NCBI GenBank assembly: GCA_965223905.1
Contig: CBDCXV010000001.1
Span: 1,152,001 to 1,216,000 of the forward strand
DNA from: Candidatus Latescibacterota bacterium
GTDB taxonomy: Bacteria; Latescibacterota; UBA2968; UBA8231
DNA: 64,000 nt
Direction of reading: 5' to 3'
The translations under genes and the position numbers were made by a program. Below, piece after piece: positions 38,738-48,465 of the stretch; the stretch's first letter is position 1; each line of letters begins with the position of its first letter. The notes under the pieces are model-generated. The model did not search any database and was not told the DNA's origin. It saw nothing but the letters and a program-made list of their open reading frames with translations.

Positions 38738-39210
38738 ATGATTTCCGTGTTGCTGTTCGATGTCGGGGATACCCTTCTGGACGCATCCTCCGGACAACAG
38801 GACGCCCTGCAGGAGGCACATCGAACCGCTCTTGCCAAATTTGGATTCGAGCTGTCAGCGGGAGAGTACCAGCAGCTCGACCACGAAAAAATGCTGCAGT
38901 TCGTCCCCAGTGCCATGCACGCCATCACCTGGCACTTTGCCAGGCCCGACGTGTGCCTGTTCAATGAGATTATCGAGGAAGTGGGGTCACACTATCCCCA
39001 AATTCGCGCTCTCGGGTTCAGGTTGCATCCCGGAATCGCAGCGGTCCTCGAACAGCTGGCCGGGGAATCCGGGGAATACACGCTTGCGCTGGCTGGCAAC
39101 GCCCCGGCAGACATCACCGAGGTCCTGGACGACCTGGGTGTGTTGCGCTGGTTTCGCCACAGGGAGGTGTCGGGAAGCATAGGGGTCAAGAAGCCTGACG
39201 AACGTTTCTT
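38738..39210 (+). pseudogene. HAD-family hydrolase, 3'-truncated
   Basis: LLFDVGDTL...GVKKPDERFF, then runs directly into the antisense SDR fragment. Confidence 0.7.
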
Positions 39211-39530
39211 CCGCGGCGGAAGAGATGTTGACGATCCTGCCGTAGCGGCGCTCGATCATGTGCGGGGCGAGCGCCTTGCAGAGGAAGAAGGGGCCCTTGA
39301 CGTGTATGTCGTAGTTGCTGTCCCATTCCTCGCCGGTGAAGTTGGTGAACGGGGAACCGACGATGCTGCCGAAGTGGCCGGCGTTGTTGACGAGAATGTC
39401 GATGGCGCCGAGGCGCTCGATCGACTCTGAGACGAGGTCCTGGCAGGCGGACTCATCGGTTATGTCGGCGCCGATGGCGATCGCGGTTGCCGCTTCGCTC
39501 TCGAGCTGGTCGGCGGTGGCCTGCGCCCTG
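39211..39530 (-). pseudogene. Internal SDR fragment, diverged duplicate of 44119-44438
   Basis: DILVNNAGHFGSIVG..HVKGPFFLCK; aligns colinearly over 320 bp. Confidence 0.85.
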
Positions 39531-39673
39531 CCGCCGCTCAGTTCTATGAGCACCAGAACGGGCGAATTCCGCGGCCCGATGGGGGATTGGATCGCTCGAT
39601 ACTGTACCCAGACGTATTTGCGCCGCATCCGATTTGACCGCCCCCGAGACGACCTCTCCATTAATCCGATACT

Positions 39674-40528
39674 TCAATTTTTTGGCATCCGCGTGTGAGT
39701 CCTTGTCATCGGGGGCGGCACTACGTACCTCTCGAATGCGTATCCTGGTGCCGTTATTCCGTTTTGTATGATGCAAAACAGCGATACGAGCAGATATTCG
39801 AGACTATTTTCGGGTTTCACGAAAGTAACCCCCGGACAACCCAGTGCGCTATAGGACATTTGCCTCTCCGATGCCGGTGCCAGCATTTCCTGGTCGACAG
39901 TCAACACCACGTTTGGCCTCAACTCTGCCGGAAACTGATCGTACAGGTCCATAGTATGCGTCACCATCGTCTCAGGATTGGCACCGAAGGACTGACCGAG
40001 CCCAAACGCATAGATCTGCGCAGAAGAGGATGAATTTTGTATTGTTTCCTTATTGCCGTCCATGAGACGCGTGTTCTTGTCAAGATACGTGCGAACTTGG
40101 ACTGATCCTTGTGGCGGTCCATTGTCCCTTACTGGTCTTGCGAATCTCTTCAACCTCCTTACAGAAGCCACGTTACTGTATATGTCTCCTAATTCCTTTT
40201 TCCCAATCGTGCTTTTTATCGAACCAATGGCAATCACCGCCTCACACGGATAGTAACTCACGTCATCCGATACATTGAAGACTGGACAGAATTGTTGTTC
40301 ATAAAGAATTACGTCGATTTGTCCTGATGCGTTACCTTCGCTATCAATGACGCATCCGGTTCCTACTCCGACGCCACCTGGCAGAATCGATTCAAGTTTT
40401 GCCCTGACGGCCCTTTCCCTCGCTTGCCCTTTCAGCCCAGGCGTGGTTGCCTGTCCTGAGCTGCTATATGTGAGTACCAACTCCTCGCCGAGGCTCTTGA
40501 TGTACGCGTGTGTGTCGAATTGAGGCAT
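39674..40528 (-). CDS. DUF6602-like protein (putative PD-(D/E)xK-fold nuclease)
   Basis: KGQARE, LPGGVGVGTGCVIDS, SGQIDVILYE, PCEAV..SIKS. Confidence 0.7.
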   Translation of the reverse strand: MPQFDTHAYIKSLGEELVLTYSSSGQATTPGLKGQARERAVRAKLESILPGGVGVGTGCVIDSEGNASGQIDVILYEQQFCPVFNVSDDVSYYPCEAVIAIGSIKSTIGKKELGDIYSNVASVRRLKRFARPVRDNGPPQGSVQVRTYLDKNTRLMDGNKETIQNSSSSAQIYAFGLGQSFGANPETMVTHTMDLYDQFPAELRPNVVLTVDQEMLAPASERQMSYSALGCPGVTFVKPENSLEYLLVSLFCIIQNGITAPGYAFERYVVPPPMTRTHTRMPKN

Positions 40529-40925
40529 GTTGCTATACCCGCGCTTTCGTCGCGTTGCCGTTCAAAGTGACCATTCGAGCCGGACCTTTCCCGTTGTGCT
40601 CGACTCAGTCTGCGTGTGCACCTTCGCCTCTTCCAACTGCGCCATCGTCTGTCTTGCCTTGCGGTCCATCGCAGTGATCAGTTCGGGCCATTTCATTCTT
40701 TATTTCTCTGCCCTCTTGTCTGCGACGTTCTGCGGCTGATTACGCCCTTCCTGGCCGTCGTTAGAGGGCGTACTGCCGCACTTAGTTGAAGGCGGCGTCA
40801 AGGTCCGAGTGCATCCTCAGGCGAAGCAGTCCCGCTTCCCCACGTCGGCTCAGCCATTGCCGCAGGTATCCTTGAGGCCGCCGCTACAAAAGCGAAGAAA
40901 ATAAACCGACGCGGGTGGATAAGTT

Positions 40926-41735
40926 TTAGGGGGAGAGCATTTCGGCGATTTCATCGAGATACTCTTTAAGGGGTAAGCCGTGGCTTCTTGCTAAAATAGC
41001 TAGCGTATCAATCTTTGTCCGTTCCCCCTTTTCGATTCTGCGCACATGGCGTTCAGAAAGTCCTCGTATATCGGCTTGCTTAACCCCGTACTGCTTGCGC
41101 AATGCGGCAACGGCCTCTCCGAATCGAAGGTCGTACATTAGTTGTTCCCGATCCTTTTTCTTACGCCATGTTTCGTCTTTTAGGTAGCGAATAGCATCTA
41201 GGTCAATGTGTACATCAACCTCAGGCCAGTGTATATAACTGCCTTCACTGGAGATGGTAAATGAAGAACGCTGTTGGGATGGAATGGACTCCAGGGCGGA
41301 CATTTCTGCAAAACCCACTCTGAATAAATTATGATCACACGCCATGACAAAGAATTCCTCACCTACAACCTGTGCATCGGCAATGAGTTGATCGGGACAT
41401 CCAAGACTCCAAGCCGTTAGCACGCGCTTTGGCACATCCTTAGTCGAATGCACGAGGATATTTCGGCTGCTTTTGAGTTTTGCCTCGTAAAGCATCTGCG
41501 GCAAAAACTGAGCGTTGTCGTCTTCGCGGACGAAAAGGGTTCGAAGATGGTTCCGCTGATTGGCAGCACGGACAAAGTCACTTACCGTAGGAAGATCGGC
41601 AACAGAAGTTAATACGAAAATATCCCGAGCGTCCACTTGGCTCTCATTCGTTCTAACAACGGTGAAAGAGGGCGGAATGATGTCATAGCTAAATAGGTCT
41701 TGAGCCCAGACAATCATTTCAGCAGTCCTTGGCAT
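40926..41735 (-). CDS. DUF2442-domain plus XRE-HTH protein (putative antitoxin)
   Basis: ISSEGSYIHWPEVDVHID; C-terminal LRKQYGVKQ..LSERHVRRIEKG. Confidence 0.75.
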   Translation of the reverse strand: MPRTAEMIVWAQDLFSYDIIPPSFTVVRTNESQVDARDIFVLTSVADLPTVSDFVRAANQRNHLRTLFVREDDNAQFLPQMLYEAKLKSSRNILVHSTKDVPKRVLTAWSLGCPDQLIADAQVVGEEFFVMACDHNLFRVGFAEMSALESIPSQQRSSFTISSEGSYIHWPEVDVHIDLDAIRYLKDETWRKKKDREQLMYDLRFGEAVAALRKQYGVKQADIRGLSERHVRRIEKGERTKIDTLAILARSHGLPLKEYLDEIAEMLSP

Positions 41736-41744
41736 TTTAGCTCC

Positions 41745-42014
41745 TTATATCACTTTGGTTTCCCACTCGGCATAAAGTGCGTCTCTATGCTGAAGCACTA
41801 GACCTACCAGTTTCCTCCGCTCTTTGCTCGAAGGGCCTGATCCCGAAGGGGGAAACTTCACATTAAAAGCTAGATTCTTGGATTTACACGTACCAAAAAA
41901 GACGCGTATCTCCCATTTGTCCGGTTTGCGAGCGTGAAAATGAGGAGGTTCGTGATCTGAGGAATTGAACCATAATTCTACCCCTGCCAATTGAAAGCAT
42001 TCCAACTTTCCCAA
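41745..42014 (-). CDS. DUF4160-family putative toxin
   Basis: FNSSDHEPPHFHA..EWE; TTG start after AGGAG. Confidence 0.8.
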   Translation of the reverse strand: MGKLECFQLAGVELWFNSSDHEPPHFHARKPDKWEIRVFFGTCKSKNLAFNVKFPPSGSGPSSKERRKLVGLVLQHRDALYAEWETKVI

Positions 42015-42333
42015 AAGATGGCTCCTCGCTTCTTTCTTCCAAAGAACATATCCAAAACCGGACAATTAATCAATCGTATACAAATTAACAATGTCCGCCA
42101 TCTGGCTGCAATGATTTCGCTTGATGGTAGCAGATCGGATGCCATTATAGTCGTTGATTCTCAGGTCTATCGTTCAGTCCAGGACCATGCCGCCGCTGAC
42201 GTTTATCGTCTGCCCGGTGACGTTGCGCGCCTCATCGGAGGCGAGGAAGGCGACCATGTTGCCGATGTCCTCGGGCGACTGCTCGCGCTGCATCGGCGTC
42301 GAGTTGGCGATGAACAGGTCGAACACCTCGCGG

Positions 42334-43908
42334 GGGCGTCTTAAGTAATTGTTATAGCGCAATTCAGGTGCGTATGTGTATATTTTACAGTAAGTTGCTT
42401 TCTTTTTCCGCATCCCCTGCGGCGCGCTCCCCTGATTTCAGAAAGAAGGGGAGCGATGAGTGCGATTCTCTCTCTGGAAGTTTTTCAGGAGCGGCAGAGT
42501 CAGGACCGCTTTCGAAGCCGGGCGCATGAAGCCTTGGACCAATGGCTGGATCGGGTGGAGACGCAAATGAGCGCGCGCGGATCTTGTGCGCCGACGTTGC
42601 TGGAGATCACCGCGGCGATGTCTCAAGAGCGCTCCGGGCTCACCGCGGCCTTGGTGGAAGCCTTCGTCGAACGCCGCCACGGCCATTTCCTGGCCCAGGA
42701 AGAGGCGGCCTGCCCCAAGTGCAAAGGCCTGCTGCGAGCGCGCCCGTCTCGCTCGCGCACGGTGGAGACGCTGCTCGGGCCGGTGACCTTGGAGCGTCCC
42801 TATTTCTACTGCGTTGGCTGTCACCACGGGTTCTATCCGCTGGACGAGGCCCTGGGCCTGTCGGCGCAGCGCAAGCAGTGGGACGTGCAGCAGGCCGGGG
42901 TCAAGCTGGGGCTGGAGATGCCCCACCGGCGCGCCGCCGAACTGTTGGACGAGCTCACCGACGCGTCGATGAGCGATTGTGTGATTCACGAGGTGCTGCA
43001 ACAGACCGGGTCGTTGGACGTGCTGCAGGTGTGTCCGGACGCGGCCGATATCCAGGATCGCATTGCGCAAGCCGCCGCCGGTCGCAAGTGGCGGCCGATC
43101 GTGGTGTTGGCCATCGACGCGGCCGACGTGCCCAGTCGTCCCCAGACCGCCAAAGGCACCCGTCCCGGACGCAAGAAGAGCCGGGCTCGGCGAAGGCGTT
43201 GGCAGGGGGAATACCACGAAGCCAAGGGCTTTCGCTTCTACCTGATAGACGATGAGCGCATCGAGCAGCTGATCTCCTGGCACCAGATGGGCAACGAACA
43301 GGCCTTCGGCGCGGCCTTGCGCCAGGTCAAGGAGGCGGGGCTGATCCCGGAGGATCAGGTGCGCTTGTGTGCCATCGGAGATGGCGCTCCGTGGATCTGG
43401 AAGTGGGTGGAAGAGCTGTTCCCGAGCGCCCGTCAGATCCTCGACTACTACCATTGCAGCAGCTACCTGCACGCGGTGGCCGAGGCCCAATACGGCGCCG
43501 ATGCGGCGCGTGCTGCCCATTGGCTGGAAGCGACCCTGGCGCGCCTGTTCTGCGGCGAGGGCAGCGGCGTGGTCTGGGGTCTGCAGCGCATGCAGCCGCT
43601 CTCGGAAGAGGCCGGAGAGGCCATCGGCACGGCCTTGACCTACCTGCAAAAGCGACTGCACCAGGTCGATTTCGGCAGCCATCGCAAGGGCGGATACCCG
43701 ATCGGGTCGGGGGCGATCGAATCGGCGCATCGCTTCATCGGCCACGTTCGTCTGAAACGGTCGGGCGCTTGGTGGTATAAGGAAAACAGCAACGCCATTC
43801 TGGCCCTGCGCTGCGCCTTGTACAATGGAACGCTTGACCGGGTCTTTCAGCAGTACCGAGAAAACCTAAAAACAACCACCGAAACCGTAACAATCAGCTA
43901 AGACACCC
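42334..43908 (+). mobile_element. ISKra4-family insertion sequence, copy 2 (1575 bp)
   Basis: Same ends as copy 1; 8-bp target duplication CCTCGCGG at 42326-42333 and 43909-43916. Confidence 0.92.
42456..43901 (+). CDS. ISKra4-family transposase
   Basis: 481 aa; differs from copy 1 at two visible residues (E/A and M/L). Confidence 0.88.
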   Translation: MSAILSLEVFQERQSQDRFRSRAHEALDQWLDRVETQMSARGSCAPTLLEITAAMSQERSGLTAALVEAFVERRHGHFLAQEEAACPKCKGLLRARPSRSRTVETLLGPVTLERPYFYCVGCHHGFYPLDEALGLSAQRKQWDVQQAGVKLGLEMPHRRAAELLDELTDASMSDCVIHEVLQQTGSLDVLQVCPDAADIQDRIAQAAAGRKWRPIVVLAIDAADVPSRPQTAKGTRPGRKKSRARRRRWQGEYHEAKGFRFYLIDDERIEQLISWHQMGNEQAFGAALRQVKEAGLIPEDQVRLCAIGDGAPWIWKWVEELFPSARQILDYYHCSSYLHAVAEAQYGADAARAAHWLEATLARLFCGEGSGVVWGLQRMQPLSEEAGEAIGTALTYLQKRLHQVDFGSHRKGGYPIGSGAIESAHRFIGHVRLKRSGAWWYKENSNAILALRCALYNGTLDRVFQQYRENLKTTTETVTIS

Positions 43909-44584
43909 CCTCGCGGGCGCTCTTGCCGGCATAGGCGGGATCCACCTCGGCGAGCTTCGGCGCCAGGGTGTGCCAGAAGTTGGTCCACACGAACCCGGGA
44001 CAGACGGCGTTGACGGTGATGTTGTGCGGTCCCAGGTCCTTGGCGGTCAGCCGCGTCAGGCTGAGCATGGCGTTCTTGGCCGCGGCGTAGGTCGGCAGGA
44101 AAGTCGGGTCGCGTCTGGCCGCGGCGGAAGAGATGTTGACGATCTTGCCGTAGCGGCGCTCGATCATGTGCGGGGCGAGCGCCTTGCAGAGGAAGAAGGG
44201 GCCCTTGACGTGCACGTCGTAGTTGCTGTCCCACTCCTCGCCGGTGAAGTTGGTGAACGGGGCGCCGACGATGCTGCCGAAGTGGCCGGCGTTGTTGACG
44301 AGAATGTCGATATGGCCCAAGCGCTCGATGGCCTGGGCAACGAGGTCCTGGCAGGCGGATTCATCCGTTATGTCGGCGTCGATGGCGATCGCGGTGGCCC
44401 CATCGCTCTCGAGTTTGTCCGCGGTGGCCTGCGCCCTGTCGGCGTCGATGTCGGTTGCCGCGATGGCCGCCCCTTCGCGCGCCAGGCAGTTCGAAATGCC
44501 GAGGCCCATGCCGCCCCCGGCGCCGGTGACGATGGCGGTCCTGTCTTTCAGTCGCATGCTGGTCTCCCTTGGATATTTTCGGTA

Positions 44585-45634
44585 TCAGGCCAACTCGGAA
44601 GGCAGGTCGAGTCCGAAGCGGGCGGCCGCGGCCCGCAGCTTGGCCACGGTGCCTGCGGGTAGCGGTATGCCGCGGGCAGATCTCTCTTCGAACGCTTCCT
44701 GCTCGAGGTCGCCGGGCACCTTGAGCGGACCGGCGCCCTCGTGGGTCGGCAGTCCGGCCATGGTGGCGGCGAGCTGGTCGACGTCGTCGCGGAAGGCGTC
44801 GAGGTCGGTGAAGGTGGCGATGTCGATGGCGGCGACGAAGCTGTTCTGCGTTCCCCAGCCGACGTCCCCGCCGTGCAGCCACGGCGTCAGCAGCGGGTTG
44901 CCGGACATCAGGCTCGACATGCACTCGAACAGCAGCGCCAGGCCGTACCCCTTGTAGCCTGCGGCGGGGCGGACGAACGCGGCCCTGGCCGGGTCGGTGG
45001 TGACGTTGCCGTCCTCGTCGAGGGCCCAGTCGTCGGGAATCGCCAGTCCCTTGTCGAGGGCCACGCCGACCTTGCCGTGGGCGACGACACTGGTGGCCAT
45101 GTCGAGGCTGATCGGGACGCGGTTGCGCCCCGGGGCGGCGATGGCGATCGGGCTGTTGTGGGTGCCCCCTGTCTTCGCCCCCGGCGGCGCCATGTTGGCC
45201 GGACAGCTGGTCACCACGGCGATGCCGACCAGTCCCTGCGCCGCCGCCAGGTGGGTGTAGTACGCCATGCAGCCCTGGTGGCGGGTGTTGCGGATGAGGC
45301 TCCAGCCGATGCCGACGTCGCGCGCCTTGGCGATCGCCTTGTTCATCGCCGGCACCGTGACGACCGGCCCGAAGGCGTGGTCGGCCTCCATCAGCAGGAT
45401 CGCCGCGGTCTCCTTTTCGATCCGCACGTTCGGCCGCGGGCGCACGTACCCCTTGTCGACCCAGTCGATGTAGGCCTCGACGAGCTGCACGCCGTGCGAG
45501 TCGACGCCGCGCATGTTGCTCCACACCAGGACCTCGGCCTCGAGGGCCGCGTCTTCGTCCGGCATTCCCAGGGCGGCGAATATCCGCGTCGCAAACTCCT
45601 GCAGCCGCCCTTCTTCGATCCGCACTTCACTCAT
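44585..45634 (-). CDS. Ldh_2-family (malate/L-lactate/sulfolactate-type) oxidoreductase
   Basis: RGVDSHG, NTRHQG, SPIAIAAP, LDMATS, GYKGYGL, VPGD. Confidence 0.88.
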   Translation of the reverse strand: MSEVRIEEGRLQEFATRIFAALGMPDEDAALEAEVLVWSNMRGVDSHGVQLVEAYIDWVDKGYVRPRPNVRIEKETAAILLMEADHAFGPVVTVPAMNKAIAKARDVGIGWSLIRNTRHQGCMAYYTHLAAAQGLVGIAVVTSCPANMAPPGAKTGGTHNSPIAIAAPGRNRVPISLDMATSVVAHGKVGVALDKGLAIPDDWALDEDGNVTTDPARAAFVRPAAGYKGYGLALLFECMSSLMSGNPLLTPWLHGGDVGWGTQNSFVAAIDIATFTDLDAFRDDVDQLAATMAGLPTHEGAGPLKVPGDLEQEAFEERSARGIPLPAGTVAKLRAAAARFGLDLPSELA

Positions 45635-45755
45635 GTCGTCTAGACCTTGTGCATTGACCAAGTAGAGAGGATCTCCTCCGATCTCGATGTTCGCGAGTTA
45701 GCTTCGGTACGAAACACCGCACCCAAGACAGAGCACGCCACGAGAAGGAGGAGGC

Positions 45756-46400
45756 ATGCCGAAGTCTACGAAATTTGTGTCGCTGGAACAGCATAGGGAT
45801 TCGATCGCCGTTGCTGGGAAGACTTCAAATACGCCAAACGCCGGGCGCGGCAGCGGCTCAACTCGTTCCTGTTGCGTCAGGGCCGGGTTTACTCGTGCAG
45901 TCGGTGAACGCAGGCCCATTTCCGCTGGCTGGAGACCTAAAGCTTCGGTCATCCGGCGCAACAGATCGCCTTCCAGGAGTATGGGGACGCAGTGGGAGGA
46001 GGCGACGCGAACGGTGAAGACCCTGGAAGAGGACATGGCGCAGGCGCTGGAGGGCTGGTCTTTGGAACCGGTGGTGCGCGCCCTGATGGCGTTGCGGGGC
46101 GTCGAGCGGGTGGTAGCCATGGCGTCATGGCAGAGCTGGGCGAAATCACGCGTTTCAGCCGTCGCAGTTGATGGCCTCTATCGGTCAAGTGCCCAGTGAG
46201 CATTCCAGCGGTCACACGCGTCGGCAAAACGGGCAACGGCCATGTGCGACGGGTGCTGACGCAGGCGGCTTGGTGCTACCGCTTCCCGGCGCGCAAGACG
46301 TCGCATCTGCAACGGCGTGCCGAGCAGAGCCGCGAAGGAAGAGACGCTCGCGCCACACGAGGTGAGCGAAGATGTTGTCCATGATGACGACAGGCACCCT
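45756..46400 (+). pseudogene. IS110-family transposase relic
   Basis: KFVSLEQHRDSIAVA N terminus, ALMALRGV, PSEHSSG, KTGNGHVRRVL.QAAW; multiple frameshifts and deletions. Confidence 0.75.
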
Positions 46401-46710
46401 GAGACGGGAAAAACCGGGCACTCTGGAAACGCGTCAGCGTAGCCAGAAAGACGGCCAGGGCTCCGACGTTCAAGACACCGATGCCTATGCGCAGACTGGA
46501 CCAGTTGACGGGAATCCGCAGGACGAGAAGGGCGACTGACTACGCCGGGAAGACCAGCAGTCACGGCGGTAAACAGGAGGAGAGTCACGGATGGATATCA
46601 GTTCGAGAGTTCTGTCTCTGCCATCCGGATAACCCATTGCGCCCTTTTCTTGTGTCGGATTTCAGGCTCGGTCTGTTCGTCAGAAAATTAAAGTTCGCAG
46701 TTTGATCGCC

Positions 46711-48465
46711 TCAACGGCGAAACGGCGTACTCTTTTGCAGCCCAGACCCCTCGAGAAGGAAGTGATAGGCGCCCGCTTCGAGCCCTTCTACCTCCTCAAC
46801 CATACCGCTCGGCCAGCGGATCGTAGCGCGGGCTCTGGCGCTGCCTCCGGGTAACCCCACACGGACACGCGGGTCCTGGCTCGCGAGATAGGAAGCGCCG
46901 GCGTGGACCTCCCGAAGCACTGTTCGCCCCGCGGCCTCGATCAGGACTCGCGCTCCGTAAGCATTGCGATTCGATTGCGGAGGAGACCCCTCCAGCCGCA
47001 GGCCGAGGGCGGGGTGGTCCTGCCCCACCATGTTCTCGAGGAGCAACGCCTCGGCGCCGTTGTTGTTGATGATGACGTCATCGTCGCCGTCACCGTCGAT
47101 ATCCGCCGCGGCTAGTCCGCGCCCGGCTCGGCGAGGGAGCAGGCGTCGCCCCCCCTGGGCGGCCAGAATCTCCTGATAGCGTCCGCCGATGTTTTCGAAG
47201 AGCAGGTCGTCCTGCTCAAAGGAGCTGCTCTCCGTGATGAGGTGGATGTTGTCGACAATGTGGCCGTTGGTGGCGACGAGATCGAGGTCGCTGTCGAGAT
47301 CGAAGTCGAGGAAACAGGTGCCGAATCCGACGTAGGCGAGGGTGGCGGCACCCAGGCCGGTCCCATAGCTGACCTCCATGACCGCGGTCCCTTCATCATT
47401 TCGGTAGAGGGAGTTGGTTTGGGCGTCGAGGTTGGTCACCGTGATATCGAGATCGAGGTCGCCGTCAAAGTCGCCCATGTCCGTTCCCATCCCCGCCTCG
47501 GCTCTGGCGCCGTAGCCGTAGGCGGCGCCGTAGTAAAGGGCCTCCTCGGTGAAGTGGATTCGCCCTTCTTCGCGGTGGTTGATATAGAGGAAGTTGGGGG
47601 TCCCGTCGTTGGCCACGTAGAGATCGGGATCACCGTCGCCCTCGAAATCTCCGGCGACGACGCCCAGGCCCTTGCCAGAGCAATCGGTGATGCCCACCTC
47701 CTCGGCGACCTCGGTGAACCTCCCGGTGCCGTCGTTCCGCAGCAACTGATCGCAGAGACCCCCATAGGCTTGCGGTCCGCAGTAGACCAAAAGACCCGCC
47801 CGCCTCCAGGGGATGGAGGTGGCTGGGTCGAAATCGACGTAGCTGGCGACATAGAGATCCAGGTCCCCATCGAGATCGAAGTCGAAGAAGACGGCGGAGG
47901 TGGACCACTGGGGAAGGTCGATCCCCGCCCACTCCGTGATGTCCTCGAAGGTGCCGTCCCGGCGGTTGCGGAAGAGACGGTCTGCTCCGTAGTTGCTCAG
48001 GAAGAGATCGGAGTCCCCGTCGTTGTCGATATCCCCCACGGCGATTCCCATTCCATATCCTTCGTCGCCGAGCCCGACCGCAGCGGTAACCTCCTCGAAG
48101 TTGCCATGTCCGTCGTTTTGGAAGAATCGATTGCGAGGGGGGTCTGGGGGAGGAGGGGTGCCGGGAAGGGGGGCGCCGTTCAGGAGATAGAGGTCGTAGT
48201 CTCCATCCTGCCCATGATCGAGAAAACCGGCTCCCGAACCCATGATCTCCACGATGTAGCGGTTCCCCGTGAATCCCGTGAAGTGCTGGAAGTCGATGCC
48301 CCGCTCTTCGGTGACGTCGCGAAACGGGAGCTCGGCTTCGGTCGTCGCGGCGGAAGGAGCTCGTTCGGAGTCGGCGGAACGCTCCGCGATCGCCGCGCAG
48401 TTGCACCACGCGCCTACCGCCACGAAGAAGACGACGACGAAGGCCGGCGTCCGTCCCGAACTCAT
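46711..48465 (-). CDS. CRTAC1 / ASPIC-UnbV family FG-GAP repeat protein
   Basis: MGSGAGFLD, repeated GDxDxDGDxDL motifs, SNRNAYGARV, SYLASQD, RWPSG. Confidence 0.9.
   Translation of the reverse strand: MSSGRTPAFVVVFFVAVGAWCNCAAIAERSADSERAPSAATTEAELPFRDVTEERGIDFQHFTGFTGNRYIVEIMGSGAGFLDHGQDGDYDLYLLNGAPLPGTPPPPDPPRNRFFQNDGHGNFEEVTAAVGLGDEGYGMGIAVGDIDNDGDSDLFLSNYGADRLFRNRRDGTFEDITEWAGIDLPQWSTSAVFFDFDLDGDLDLYVASYVDFDPATSIPWRRAGLLVYCGPQAYGGLCDQLLRNDGTGRFTEVAEEVGITDCSGKGLGVVAGDFEGDGDPDLYVANDGTPNFLYINHREEGRIHFTEEALYYGAAYGYGARAEAGMGTDMGDFDGDLDLDITVTNLDAQTNSLYRNDEGTAVMEVSYGTGLGAATLAYVGFGTCFLDFDLDSDLDLVATNGHIVDNIHLITESSSFEQDDLLFENIGGRYQEILAAQGGRRLLPRRAGRGLAAADIDGDGDDDVIINNNGAEALLLENMVGQDHPALGLRLEGSPPQSNRNAYGARVLIEAAGRTVLREVHAGASYLASQDPRVRVGLPGGSARARATIRWPSGMVEEVEGLEAGAYHFLLEGSGLQKSTPFRR

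Larger units (their letters stand above)
42174..44557 (-). pseudogene. SDR oxidoreductase split by ISKra4 copy 2
   Basis: TGAGGGMG, NNAG, YAAAK; C terminus (REQSPEDIG..TGQTINVSGG) at 42174-42333. Confidence 0.9.

Noticed and set aside
38600-39430. Novel HAD fusion protein
   Set aside because: The C-terminal part is the antisense reading of the duplicated SDR fragment.
8953-43908. Composite transposon bounded by the two ISKra4 copies
   Set aside because: Each copy has its own distinct target duplication, so they are independent insertions.
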